64,000 nucleotides of DNA from Octopus sinensis (GCF_006345805.1 NC_043016.1:12338001-12402000), one strand, 5' to 3'; shown: positions 1 to 12,895, counted from the stretch's first letter. Translations and numbers: made by a program. Notes: a model not told the origin generated them from the letters alone.

Positions 1-633
1 TCTGGCATATTAACAATTCTGCCAGCTCACTACCTGAAACATTTTACCCAGTGTAAAAAAAAAAAAAAATTCTGTCAGATTTCCACCTTAATGTCATTAG
101 ATATTGATGGTCACAGCATGATTAGCAGATACAGAAGACAGTGACATAGGATAAAGTGGAGTTGTTGCTGATAGTAGAAATAATGAAATGATGAAGACAA
201 CAAACTGTTACACGAGAGAACCGAACGCTCTGTTATAAGAGAATCTTTGCTAACACCATTTCACACACTAACATGCCAGCAGAAACTGTATTATCAATAT
301 CTCAGAGCCTTAAGGGATTTCATTACCCGAAAGCTGCATCAATAAAAAAAAAACATGTGAAACTCAAATTCTTCACACCATTTCTTCCCAACTCTGCTGC
401 AGTTGGTGAAGTTGATGACCGAGTCTCTCTTCAATCACCCAATACTAGTAAAAGGCAGGAACTGTGGAGCATCAGAGCTCGACTGATTTATAACTGACAG
501 GTTCATCACCTGTACCCTCTAACCTCACTTTCATCACGTCAAGTTCGTTTGTCATCTTAAGCCATCAAATGAAATTAACAATTTATCTACTGTATTTTAA
601 TTGTACATACTGTAATATTAAATAATTTTTTTA

Positions 634-1205
634 GGCATGGCTATGTGGTATGAAGTATGCTTCTGAACTACATGGTTCCAGGTTCAGTCCCACTGCATGG
701 TACTTTGAGCAAGTGTCTTCTGCTATAGCTTCAGGCTGATCAAAGCCTTGTGAGTGGATTTGGTTGATGGAAAACTGAAAGAAGCCCATCGTATATATAC
801 ATGCATGTCTTTGCCTGTGTTTGTCTCCCACCACTGCTTGACAACCAGTGTTAGTGTGTTTATGTCCCTGTTACATAGTGGTTTGGCAAAAGAGACCGAT
901 AGAATAATCACCAGTCTGGGGTTGATTCATTTGGCTTGCTATAGCTTCAGGCTGATCAAAGCCTTGTGAGTGGATTTGGTTGATGGAAAACTGAAAGAAG
1001 CCCATCGTATATATACATGCATGTCTTTGCCTGTGTTTGTCTCCCACCACTGCTTGACAACCAGTGTTAGTGTGTTTATGTCCCTGTTACATAGTGGTTT
1101 GGCAAAAGAGACCGATAGAATAATCACCAGTCTGGGGTTGATTCATTTGGCTAAAAAAAAATTCTTCAATGCAGTGCCCCATGATGGTTGAAACAAGTAA
1201 AGAAC
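634..1205 (+). mobile_element. SINE family A (tRNA-like head, internal microsatellite, GTAAAAGA-type tail), diverged
   Basis: TGGCTATGTGG A-box-like motif, GGTTCAGTCCC B-box-like motif and family body. Confidence 0.8.
721..1152 (+). repeat. Perfect 216-bp tandem duplication inside a SINE
   Basis: 721-936 equals 937-1152. The ORF track shows identical 62-aa ORFs offset by 216 nt. Confidence 0.95.
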
Positions 1206-2369
1206 TAAAGAAAAACGTGTATCTATATTGTTATGTGGTGGCTTAGTGGTTAGGGTGTCAGTATCATGATTGTAAGATTGTGGTTTCGATTCCTGGACCG
1301 GGCGACGTGTTGTGTTCTTGAGCAAAACACTTCATTTCATGTTGCTCCAGTCCACTCAGCTGGCAAAAATGAGTAACGCTGCGATGGACTGGCGTCCCGT
1401 CCAGCTGGGGAGTGCATAGCCCATAGAAATCGGGAAACCAGGCCCATAAGCCTGGCTAGGCTTTAAAAGGGCGCATTTATTTTTTTTTTATATTGTTATA
1501 TGATGTTTACAGTATTTTTTGTATTTTTGTTGCTGTGTTTCACCACATATATATATATATATTTTTCATGTAATTTTCATAAATGTATAATATTCTTTTC
1601 TACTCTAGACACAAGGCCCAAAATTTTTGGGGAGGGGGCCAGTCAATTAGATCGACCTCAGTATGCAACTGGTACTTAATTTATTGACCCCGAAAGGATG
1701 AAAGGCAAAGTCGACCTCGGCAGAATTTGTACTCAGAATGTAAAGACAAATGAAATACCGCTAAACATTTTGCCCAGTGTGCTAACATTTCTTCAAGCTC
1801 GCTGCCTTATAAATATATAATGTTAACCCCTACAGCTGTTAACTTAAGAAGCCAGGCTAAAACATTCCAATCCCCCTCTTAGGACATTTTAATGAAGCTA
1901 GTGTTTTATATCAGTTTACTTAATTAGTTGTGTTGTATACACTCTACTGGGTGGTTGGTGTTAGGAAGGGCATCCAGTAAAAGCCATGCCAAAACAGACA
2001 CAGAAGTCTGGGGCAGTCTTCTGCTTAGCCAGCTCCTGTCAAACTGTCCAACTCGTGCCAACATAGAAGGCAGATGTTGAACTATGATGATAATGATGAT
2101 TAATTCTCATGTGAAGCATTAAGTATTTAAAATAGTGGAAAGTTGTGTGATTATAGATCTGGAATCCTGACAAAAAGCATTGTGCTGTGCCAAAATGCTA
2201 AGCTCATTACTTTCATTGAAATTAGGTATTATCGTTAATTAGTATAACTTGTCAACTAGTGAAAGTAGGAAAAAAGAGGGAAAACAAGGACTTTGAAATA
2301 TATTTAAATGTCTCTCAGCAAAATCGTTCACTTATAATCTTGGTAAAATGGGTTCCAAAAAAATGAGCA

Positions 2370-3188
2370 TCAGGTCGTCCCGTAAGTTCTGTCCAAATTT
2401 TGAATACAGAAAACAAGTGATCAAATGTTATATTTAATTGAAATTTAATCATCAATTTGATCATCTATGACTTCCTTCCATCTATTTACAAGCTTTTTAA
2501 TCCCATCAATGTAAAGCTTTTTTGGTAGACTTGAGCATTGATTGTTGCATTAGGTGGTAACAATTCAAAGAGAATTACTCCTTTGCAATCCTACCAGATA
2601 GAGAAGAACCTTTTTTCCAAGAAGTTCCCTTCTCAGTTGTAGTTGGGCTTTTTCCATTTTACCAACTACTGTTTATGATGTTTAACATTTCGATAGAAGA
2701 TCCATTTTCCATCACCAGTCACAAGTCTATCCAAAAAGGGTGAAATTAGTTTGCGAGAATGGAGAGAAGAGCAGATGTCAACTCGAGATTTGCAGTTGCT
2801 TTCGGACAATTTATGAGGCACTCATTTTCCAAGTTTAGGAACCTTTCGATCTTCATCTTCAAGGCTGAAATCTCCACTTCTGAATTTTGCAAACCATCTT
2901 CTTCAAGTTCTTTCATTCAAGCATTCTTTTCCATAAACTGAGTGTATGTTTCAAGTTGCTTCGGCTGCAGGTTTCCTTTTTTTGTGCTCCTAACGCCTTA
3001 AATCTCTTTGGATACTTCCATGTTAGAAAGGGTTTTAATCAGAGAAATTTTAATTCTATTATTCTGTAAAATAATATTTAATTAGTTTAAATGTACACAA
3101 ATGCATATAAATAATTTTTAATTCCATTAGACATTCTAAAATACTATTGAAAAAGGTAAAATCGGACAGAACTTATGGGATGACCTGA
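2370..3188 (-). mobile_element. Degenerate mariner (DD34D-type) transposon
   Basis: ~31-bp TIRs TCAGGTCRTCCCRTAAGTTCTGTCC at both ends. Minus-strand remnants include YGKECLNERT*RRWFAKFRSGDFSLEDE, FLDRLVTGDGKWIFY and KKVLLSIW*DCKGVILFELLP. Internally deleted. Confidence 0.9.
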
Positions 3189-4107
3189 CACTTGTATGAG
3201 TCATTGGACTACAGTCATACTTGGGGCTTCACCTTGAAGAATTTAGTCAAACAAATTGACTCCTGTACTTAAACTTAGATTTTTAAAGATTGGTACTTAT
3301 TCTCTGGGTCTTTTTTTGCCAAACTGTTAAATCACGGGGATGTAAACAAACGAACATTGGTTGTCAAGTAGTGGTAAGACAAAGATACAGAAACAGGTAC
3401 ACACACACACACATCCCATGGGTTTCTTTCAGTTTCCATCTACCAAATCCTCTCATAAGGCTTTGGTTGGCTCAGGGTTATAATAAAAGACACTTTCCTA
3501 AGGTGCTACACAGTGAGACTGAACCCAAAGCCATGTGGTTGGGAAGCAAGCTTCTTACCCTTCAGCCTGCTCCTATATATTGTTAACTCCATTAGTTGGA
3601 AAAGATACATGACTTCATTATTCTAGATTTTTTTTTAGTCATTTTAAACACCAATTTGAGACAAGAAAAGTTATGTTTAATATCACTTTCATTCTCCCTA
3701 ACATCAAAAATGAATTCATCTGTCATCACTGTTTCATCATCATCGTCATCATAACATCTGCTCTTCCGTGCTTGCAAGGGGCCAGTGAAAATATGTTGGG
3801 GGAAGAGTTTCTGTGGCTGGATGCTCTTCCTGTTGCCAACCCCTACCCGTTTCCAAAATGAGGTCATAATGCTCCAGAGCTTGAACAAGAAGCAGCCTGA
3901 GCATGTTTATGTGGAGAAATGGAAAAGAATGGTACCGTTTGTGAAGTCGTTGTTTCCAAACAGTGAGTGAAGCGCATAAACATATGCATGTGTGTTGCAG
4001 TAGAAGACACCCACTGAAGGTTCCGTGCAGCAGGAGTGAACCTGGAACCAAAGTGGTTGGGAAGCAAGCATTTTAACTGCATAGCCATGACTATGCCTTT
4101 GGTATTT

Positions 4108-4460
4108 CATCATCATCATTTAGCGTCCGCTTTCCATGCTAGCATGGGTTGGACGGTTCAACTGGGGTCTGTGAAGCCAGAAGGCTTCACCAGGCCTAGT
4201 CTGATCTGGCAGTGTTTCTACGGCTGGATGCCCTTCCTGACGCCAACCACTCCGTGAGTGTAGTGGGTGCTTTTTACGTGCCACCCGCACAGGTGACAGA
4301 TGGTGCTTTTTAAGTGCCACCAACACAGGGGCCAGGCGAGGCTGGCAACGGCCACGAACGGATGGTGCTTTTTACATGCCACCGGCACGAGGCCAGTCTG
4401 GGCGGCGCTGGCAACGGCCCTGAACGGATGGTGCTTTTTATGTGCCACCAGCACGAGGCG
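4108..4460 (-). mobile_element. RTE 3' UTR copy (about 3 VNTR units)
   Basis: (CAT)n, CCATGCTAGCATGG and GGTGCTTTTTACGTGCCACC units. Confidence 0.85.
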
Positions 4461-5993
4461 AAAATGTAAAATATTTTAAAGCATACAGTAAATTCAAAGT
4501 TTGGTCATTGTAAAGCTATTGTTTTAGTCTCAGATTATCTCTGGTTGAGCAAGCATTGGGTAAAAGACGTTTCATGCAGTCTCACAGTCTATCTTGAACT
4601 ACATTAACCTGTGTGTTTCTTTTTTGTTTTTTTATTTTTACTTTCTGATTGTAAGAGGGTAACAAGGTGTGATTCAAAGGATGTTTGGTTACTTTTTCTA
4701 GCAAGTCAAGTGAACAATTAGTGGTGAAGTGGTTGTTGCAAGTTGACAACAGATATGATTGAAATATACTGCATGAACTAAAACAAGCAGCGTTAATGAG
4801 AATAAACACAATCAGACAAAGCACACAAAAACAGAGATAAGAGGTTAATTGGTTGGAGAAATTTGCGAGTCTTTTTCTTCTATGATTAAAGGTTGGAATC
4901 TTTTCTGAGAGGCAGTTGAATAATAGAATTTTAGCAAAATGGAAATGTATGCCCTCTCCCATTTATGCTTTGAAAGTATATTCCAATTAAGATCAAAAGA
5001 TATGAAATTTTTCTTTAGCAACCAGTTGTATGAAACCAGAGAATTTTGTATACTTTTGTATGAATTCCTAAAGAAATGGGTGAGACGAAAGCTTGGATTT
5101 AAAGTGGGGGGGGGGTTGAAGTGAAAACAATGTGTAGTCTTTAGAGTTGTTATGGTAACTATACAATTGTGCATATAAATATCATTACCAAACAGATTCC
5201 AGAGGGTATTTATTACTATCGGCATCTTACTGGTTACCCATTTTGTCCTAGTTATTAAGTCAAGAGAGGCTAGAATAGGTTAGATAAGGTTCAAGTAGCA
5301 ATAAGGAGAGTGTGAAAGTTTGATGGTATTTTTTTAAGATTTGCTGATACAAGAGTGTATCTCATCATCATTGTTTTATCATTTGTCTTTCCTGTATATG
5401 TGTGTGCGTGTGTAGGTGTGTGTAAATATGAAATGAAAGTGTTGGAAAAGCTTAATCTTATAATTTTGAAGTGTTGATTAAAATTACAAGGTTCAGAATT
5501 TGGAAATGGTTTTAATCTGCAATATTGTTTAGCATAGAAAAAAAATATTACTATAATTTTTGGATAAAATCTAATTCTAAGTTGAGATTTATAAAAGTAA
5601 ATGATCAAAAATGACTGCTGATTTTAAAATCCAACAGATCCCTTAGAATAGATCATCTCCTTTTTAGTCACCGGAATTACAGAAATCAGTGAGAAGATAA
5701 AATATTAAAACATACTGCCCTGAAAGTGTTATTAAGTGATATTAGATTGGAACTTTATTAGGATTATAATATTACTTTTAATCTTGTTAGAAAAAAAATA
5801 TTTACTCACAGATCAGTTGATGTATGTAGTGTTTACTAAAATAATTTTCATTTTGAACTTTTAAGGCCGATTCCCTTATCAGTGGTGAAAAAAATTTTTT
5901 TTATATACATTATAATAAAGAAAATTATTTTATTTTAGAAAATTACTATTTGTAAATCTCACAACGAGAGATATTCAGCAACAGTACTTTGCA

Positions 5994-6246
5994 GTAAAGA
6001 TTATTTGTCAACATAACATGGCAGTCCTGGTTTAGGATGAATGTTGCTGTAATTTAGCCCCAGGAGACATCGTCTCCAGCTGGTTATACGACACAATCTG
6101 TGTGTCCTTATAATTCCCCTGTTTGAAAATATAAGGACACAAATCGTATCGTATAGCCAGCTGGAGATGATGTCTCCTGGGGCTAAATTACAGCAACATC
6201 CATCCTAAACCAGGACTGCCATGTTATGTTGACAAATAATCTTTAC
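5994..6246. mobile_element. Fold-back element/MITE (near-perfect ~110-bp inverted arms)
   Basis: GTAAAGATTATTTGTCAACATAACATGGCAGTCC... is matched by its reverse complement ending ...GACAAATAATCTTTAC, with a short central spacer. Confidence 0.85.
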
Positions 6247-6338
6247 TACATTATTTTATTTATTAAATACAAAATATATTCTCCATAATCTTTTTACAAG
6301 TCTAATTGTAAATGTATGATTTTTGTTTACTTTTTCAG

Positions 6339-6410
6339 CCAGCCGATTCAGAAGTAATGCATACAAGAATTTCTCAACCTCCTGGTGGCCATTGCCATCA
6401 ACTTTGGTGA
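6339..6410 (+). CDS. Probable terminal exon of a Jupiter/HN1 (JPT)-family microtubule-associated protein gene
   Basis: Strong acceptor ttttgtttactttttcag, then PADSEVMHTRISQPPGGHCHQLW*. R-x-x-x-PPGG-x(4-5)-W-stop resembles the Jupiter C-terminus (RIPPGGYSSGLW*, recalled). A long AT-rich, repeat-free 3' UTR-like tract follows. Confidence 0.55.
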   Translation, partial: PADSEVMHTRISQPPGGHCHQLW

Positions 6411-8029
6411 TTTTGCTTGTTCAATTTGAAGATTTCAAAAATGTAAAAGTTTTGGCATACAGCAATTTGTGTACTTTTAATACCTTAAAGGCACTTTAAT
6501 ATTGTTGATTCTTTTTAGCTTTAACAATTTCTCTCAAATATCAAAGTATGTAGCCATTCATAAACTTCAAAGTTTTACATTTTAGGTTGAGAGTTTTAAT
6601 TCTATTATTGCAAATCAAACTACTTGGCAACTAAGGTTGATTTTATTCATTGTATTTAATCAACAAATAAGTATTTTGTTTGATTTTGTTTTTGTATTTT
6701 TGAAACCTGAATATACACTCGTCTCGTGTATTGGACCCTTGCAGAAAGGACTGGAATGCATGTATGGTGCATAAATGTGGAAGTATTCTTATTGGTAGCT
6801 CCCATCTAAACTAAAGATCAAGAAATACTATGTTCTGTTAATCAAATATAAATAACAAAAAAAAAAAAAAAATCAAAAAAAAGAAGCAATATTTCAAATG
6901 ATCATTTTCTTTGTATATTTCCATTATTTTGTACTTGATTAAAGTTTATGGTCTGTTCTTCATGATGCACACTTGGTAGGCATATATATTTGTAACACTT
7001 CAGTAGTTAACTAGTCTATAAAGCAGAATGAATTGAGGTAGAACCTTAGTTATTTATTCCTAAACCTCATCAGCATGTGTTACTTTATTCTAAAAAATAT
7101 TGCTGCACATTTCAACTTTAATTGAATTATCTTAATTGTTATTCTCCCTTGAAAGCTTATATAAAATGCTTGACTTTGGGAAAAGAAGTGTGTGTTTGTT
7201 GGTTTAATTTTATCTTTTGGAGGAAAATACAAACGATTCAATATAGTTTTCAAAAAACTTCCATTCATACTGTTTAGATATAGTTAAAGCCTTCAAAATA
7301 TGTGTAGCCAAATTTTGTTTTTAACATTTATGTTAAAATTTTTTTTTACCACAAATTTATAGATCTATAAAAGCTTTTATTTGCTGTCAAAGATGACTTC
7401 ATAACTTTTGCTTCATTAAAGAAAATCAACACAATCTTGCATTTAGTATTGATTTTTCAATGGCAAAAACTGGCTTTTTTTGTAGTGGCTTTTCACAAGA
7501 GAATGCAAATCTGAATTGTTCCACTTGAATCAAAAATACAAATGCAACCAAGTGTTGTTACTTTTTACAATGATTTAATTTATTATTATTATTATCATTA
7601 TTTCAAATATTCAGTTGACTTTTTTTCAACATTTCACAATTGGATTTTTACAACTTTTCCAAACAATGATTTTTTAACTGCTTTTTTTTTCTTTTTCTTT
7701 TTTTGTAAGATACAAAATTTGTATTAAATCCTAGAGCTAGCCTTATACTTGAATATAATTGACTTGATAGTCTATGTTGGCTATTTGAAAATATGTATAA
7801 TTATATAAAATGTGAGATAAGGGAGATGATGAAGTTTTTGCCAAATGGCTTATACTGGTTTATTGCCAAATAATGAACACATTCAATACACTTCAAATCT
7901 TTATCACTGGGATGTCATGAATGTCATTCTTTCATGGCCTTATATGTAACTTTATTTTTTAAATTGTATGGATTTTGTCATTGCAAAGTACTCAGGCCTA
8001 ACTTTTAATTTTTATAACTTTTATTGAGA

Positions 8030-8035
8030 AATAAA
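8030..8035 (+). terminator. Candidate polyadenylation signal for the Jupiter-like gene
   Basis: AATAAA at the end of the ~1.6 kb repeat-free AT-rich tract, followed by U/GU-rich sequence. Confidence 0.35.
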
Positions 8036-8235
8036 ATTCTTTTATTTAAGAACAAATGTTTCTTTTCATATTCATTGAGTGTTTCTTCGTTTGTCTCGTT
8101 AAGCATGTATTTCTTCTTTAACATAGATTTAACAGGGAAACTTACGATTCATCGTTTTCTCCCTAAGTTCATTTAACTTTCAGCTTAAACCTGTGGTTCT
8201 CAACTGGGGTCCATTGTATGGATGTATTAGTACTG

Positions 8236-8455
8236 TCATCATCATCATAATCATCGTTTAACGTCCGTTCTCCATGCTAGCATGGGTTGGACGGTTCGAC
8301 CGGGGATCTGGGAAGCCAGAAGGCTGCACCAGGCTCCAGTCTTATCTGGCAGTGTTTCTACAGCTGGATGCCTTTCCTAATGCCAACCATTCCATGAGTG
8401 TAGTGGGTGCTTTTTATGTGCCACAGGAGGCTGGCAATGGCCACGATCTGTTGCA
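8236..8455 (-). mobile_element. RTE 3' UTR copy
   Basis: Same tail, palindrome and UTR sequence. Confidence 0.85.
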
Positions 8456-9173
8456 GTTGGTACAAAAAAAAAAAGGCCAGTACATGCTGTAAAGTGGGTG
8501 ATGTCAGAAAGGACATCCAGCTGTAGAATTAAGAAGTTTCAAGAAACAAATTCCAGCAATTATTTGCTGTAATCTTTCATAGTAAAACTTCGATTTTTTT
8601 CGCAATGCAATAATTAAGAGGATTTAAGAATAACACTTTTCCAGTGCAAAAGAGCTGAATTCATTCAAAGTTGGAGGCAAATATTCCTTTTTTTTTCTTT
8701 TTTACTTGAGTCAGTCATTAGGCTGTGGCCACACTGGGGCACTACCTTGAAGAATTTTCAGGCATATGAATCAACTCCAGGATTTATTTTTTAAAGCCTG
8801 ATAATTATTCTAACAGTAGAAACTGGAACACGATGCAGTCCTTGGATTCATTGGATCCTGTCAAACCATTCACTCTATGCTAGAATGGAACACGAATGCT
8901 AAAGGATTCTGATGATGGTGATGGCAAAGAGCAAGAATAAACTTAGGGTTGATGGCTAACTACAAGAATAACTCACTGAAACTGAGTGACTTCGGGTAGC
9001 CCTCACTCCACCCTCTACAATTTTGCCCTAATTAGAAAGATGCACTTGACATAAACTAGAGGGAGAGAGAGAGGATAAACGGATTCTTGGACTCATTATG
9101 GTCTTGCAGCTGTTGTTATTGAGGAATAATTCCCATTGGTTTCTCTCAGTAGCACTGCTTAAGGAGAAATGTA

Positions 9174-9400
9174 TTAACCCTTTAGTATTTAAACTGGCCA
9201 TATCCAGCCAAAATAGCTAATCTGTTTTATGTTCAAACTGACCAGATCCAGGCTCTCACACCTACCCTACAATGTTATTCTACATTAGGTAATTACACCA
9301 TCAACATCTTGAAGATATGAGAAAATGCATGATTAATTCAAATCAATGGGAATCAATAGGCATTATGTTTGATAGGATAATCTGAACACTAAAGGGTTAA
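9174..9400. mobile_element. piggyBac-type MITE (family D1)
   Basis: TTAA|CCCTTTAG...CTAAAGGG|TTAA. Confidence 0.85.
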
Positions 9401-9718
9401 AGGCTACAAGATGAGAAACTTATTTTCAAATCTCTAGCTTGCTAAGCATATAAATATTTGGAGTTAACCATTTCTCTTGAAATAGTCTATGGCAGTGGGT
9501 CTCAACCTGTATGATATTCAGGCCAGATCCAAAACCTGGATTTTTTTAGGGGGTCACATGGAAAAAAGTAAAACAAGCCAAAAATATGTTTATAGAGGGG
9601 AAATTGTTGGAGACCACCAAAAGGATGTTTAAGGGTCAACATGCAGACCTGTGAGTCAGTTGAGAAGAACCTCTGGTCTAGGGACACTCTTGTGGATATT
9701 ATTCATTGGGTTTCTTTT

Positions 9719-10123
9719 ATTCTTTTACTCTTTTACTTGTTTCAGTCATTTGACTGCGACCATGCTGGAGCACAACCTTTAGTCGAGCAAATCGACCCCA
9801 GGACTTATTCTTTGTAAGCCTAGTACTTTTTCTATCATTCTCTTTTGCTGAACTGCTAAGTTACGGGGACGTAAACACACCAGAATTGATTGTCAAGTGA
9901 TGTTGGGGGTACAGACACAGATACACAAGCACACACACACACATATACTTATATATATACGACGGGCTTCTTTCAGGTTCCATCTACCAAATCCACTCAC
10001 AAGGCATTGGTCGGCCCGGGGCTATAGCAGAAGATACTTGCCCAAGGTGCCATGCAGTGGGACTGAACCTGGAGCCATGTGGTTGGTAAGCAAGCTACTT
10101 ACCACACAGCCACTCCTGCACCT
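9719..10123 (-). mobile_element. SINE family A
   Basis: Full-length family sequence. Confidence 0.9.
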
Positions 10124-10503
10124 ATATTTGTATATTTTAATTTCAGAATGACTGAATTCTTACATACAGTGGTTTATTATTTGCAGTGTAATAGTCTGGG
10201 AAATTCCTCAGTGTATCTTATTCATTTAGCTCAAGATCATTCTTGATGATCAAAAACATCCCATCCACATAGCCTCTCATTTATAACGTATTTTTAGCAC
10301 TATATTATCAAATGTGTGTTTCCTTACAAAAGGGATAGATTTGGCTGCTATTTTCGGCAGTTTATGTGATCCCAAAGAAGCTTCCTTGCTGACTTGTAGG
10401 ATGCCAGAAATGGCTAAGTACAACAACACTGAGCTCACAGTGAAATAAATAACATTCAAGACACCAAATGTTGGATAATTCGGATGAGCCCACAGTCGTT
10501 TTT

Positions 10504-10930
10504 AGGTGCAAGAGTGGCTGTGTGGTAAGTAGCTTGCTTACCAACCACATGGTTCCTGATTCATTCCCACTGTGTGGCACCTTGGGTAACAGTCTTCTAC
10601 TATAGCCTCGGGCCGATCAAAGCCTTGTGAGTAGATTTGGTAGATGGAAACTGAAAGAAGCCCATTGTATATATATATATCATCATCATCATCTAACATA
10701 TATATATATGTATATGTTTGTGTGTCTGTGTTTGTTCGCCCCTCCCCAACATCGCTTGACAACCGATGCTGGTGTATTTACTTCCCCGTAACCTAGCGGT
10801 TTGGCAAAAGAGACCGATAGAATAAGTACTAGGCTTCCAAAGAATAGGTCCTGGGGTTGATTTGCTCGACTAAAGGCGGTGCTCCAGCATGGCCACAGTC
10901 AAATGACTGAAACAAGTAAGAGAGAAAGAG
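10504..10930 (+). mobile_element. SINE family A
   Basis: Full-length, inverted relative to 9719-10123. Confidence 0.9.
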
Positions 10931-11639
10931 AACTGGAAATATGCGTGTACCAAATCCAATTTAAACCACAGATCCTTGGTATGGCATAGGTATAAAAAGT
11001 AAATACTTAGGGCATTTAAAAGTTTACGAGAGCTGTTTCGGGAAACTCTTATTTTATTTAATGCCATCATAAAGACTACATCTTTTGTAATCTTTTATGA
11101 TTGCATTAAATAAATAAAACTCTACTGAAACAGCTGTCATAAATTTTAAACACCATTTGTATTTGTTTATGTTATATTTAAGTAAACAACTCCTATATTT
11201 ATACTTCTACCTTTACGGTGCTTTATTTGACTGGAAATTAATACTATTGTATTGCAATATTTAATGGTTTTTTTCATTGAAAACTTTTTCACTGTTCTCA
11301 GTCCTGTTAACAGCCAGGCGTTCAGGCAAGTTTACTGGCACTGATGTAGCATCATTTGAAATTTTGTCTTGGTAAATTTAGCTGAGGAGGACTAAGCAAA
11401 TTTACGAGAACAAATGTATTTTGACGAGTCCGAAACCTAGGTACTAGATTAACCAATTCTTAGTTGTCCATTTATCTAACGTTCTTCCTATACGTAAGAC
11501 AAAATCCTTTACGTTCACTGTCCTCGCATATGTACAGTGAAGCTTTACTATAGCATCGCAAAATTATCAACTGCTATTTCAAGTAAACATTGGTGCCTTG
11601 TTGTACCACTATTCTATATTGATATATATATATATATAT

Positions 11640-11800
11640 ATATATAAGTAGTTGAATGAATTATCCTAGTATGGATAATTCGGTTAACCGATACTCGGGT
11701 AGCAAATTCACGTCAGAAAACACGCTTGAAGCTACATGCCAAGGGCAGAAATCACGTGCTTTCGTGTGGAAATTTGTGTGTTTTTTTTACTATAAATAAA
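11640..11800. repeat. Unclassified (TA)n-flanked repeat with a second diverged copy at ~13275-13470; possibly a Penelope-like terminus
   Basis: The two copies share GAATGAATTATCC...GGTAGCAAA(A)TTCACG...ATGGAGTTGAA, and both abut TA microsatellites. Confidence 0.5.
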
Positions 11801-11899
11801 TGAAAGAATGGAGTTGAACGACGATTTAACAAAATTCCTTTATTCTCTGAGAATAAAGGAATTTGTTAAATCGTCGTTCAACTCCATTCTTTCATTTAT
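11796..11899. repeat. 104-bp palindrome with a 1-nt spacer
   Basis: ATAAATGAAAGAATGGAGTTGAACGACGATTTAACAAAATTCCTTTATTCTC-T-GAGAATAAAGGAATTTGTTAAATCGTCGTTCAACTCCATTCTTTCATTTAT. The arms differ by one A. Confidence 0.95.
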
Positions 11900-12119
11900 A
11901 TATATATATATATATATTTGTAAATACATACGTTCATACATACACCTGATATCTCCCCTCCATACGCATGCACACATGTCTATCATGACTCATACACTGT
12001 TCACTTTCCTGACTTTTGTACATAATTCTATGTACTGTACATGCACCTCTGATAAGTTATAGTGCAACTGAGCACTATACACTATAATTTCATTATTATT
12101 ATTACACACACACACACAT

Positions 12120-12895
12120 ATCATCATCATCATCATCATTTAACATCCGCTTTCCATGCTGGCATGGGTTGGATGGTTCAACTGGAGTCTGGGAAGCGAG
12201 AAAGCTGCACCAGGCCCAGTCTGATCAGGCAATGTTTCTACGGCTGGATGCCCTTCCTAACGCCAACCACTCCGTGAGTGTAGTGGGTGCTTTTTATGTG
12301 CAAACGGCCACGGTCGGATGGTGCTTTTTACGTGCCACCGGCACGGAAGCCAGTCGGGGCGGCACTGGCTATGGCCACGTTCGGATGGTTCTCTTATGTG
12401 CCACCTGCACTGGTATCACAGCTACAATTTCCATTCATGTTGATTGATTTTGATTTTTGATTTTTTGTTTTTTGGTTTTTACTTGCCTCAACAGGTCTTC
12501 ACAAGTAGGGTTTTGTGTCCCAAGAAGGAAAGGTATGCATAAGTGGACTGAGGCCATGGGTGATGGTCTCACTTGTCCTGCCGGGTCTTCTCACGCACAG
12601 CATACTTCCAAAGGTCTCGGTCTCTAGTCATTTCCTCGGTGAGACCTAAAGTTCAAAGGTCGTGCTTCATCACCTCATCCCAGGTTTTCCTGGGTCTGCC
12701 TCTTCCACAGGTTCCCTCAACAGCTAGGGTGTGGCACTTTTACACACAACTATCTTCATCCATTCTCGCCACATGGCCATACCAGCGCAAACGTCTCTCT
12801 TGCACACCACAACTGATGCTTCTTAGGTCCAACTTCTCTCTCAAGGTACTTACACTCTGTCGAGTATGAACATTGACATTACACATCCAATAAAT
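12120..12895 (-). mobile_element. RTE LINE 3' fragment (ORF end plus 3' UTR)
   Basis: ERRLRWYGHVARMDEDSCV... followed by the VNTR-bearing UTR and (GAT)n tail. Confidence 0.9.

Noticed and set aside
273-560. ORF 273-497 (+) and minus-strand MTNELDVMKVRLEG...VEL*
   Set aside because: No recognisable domain and no convincing paired splice sites.
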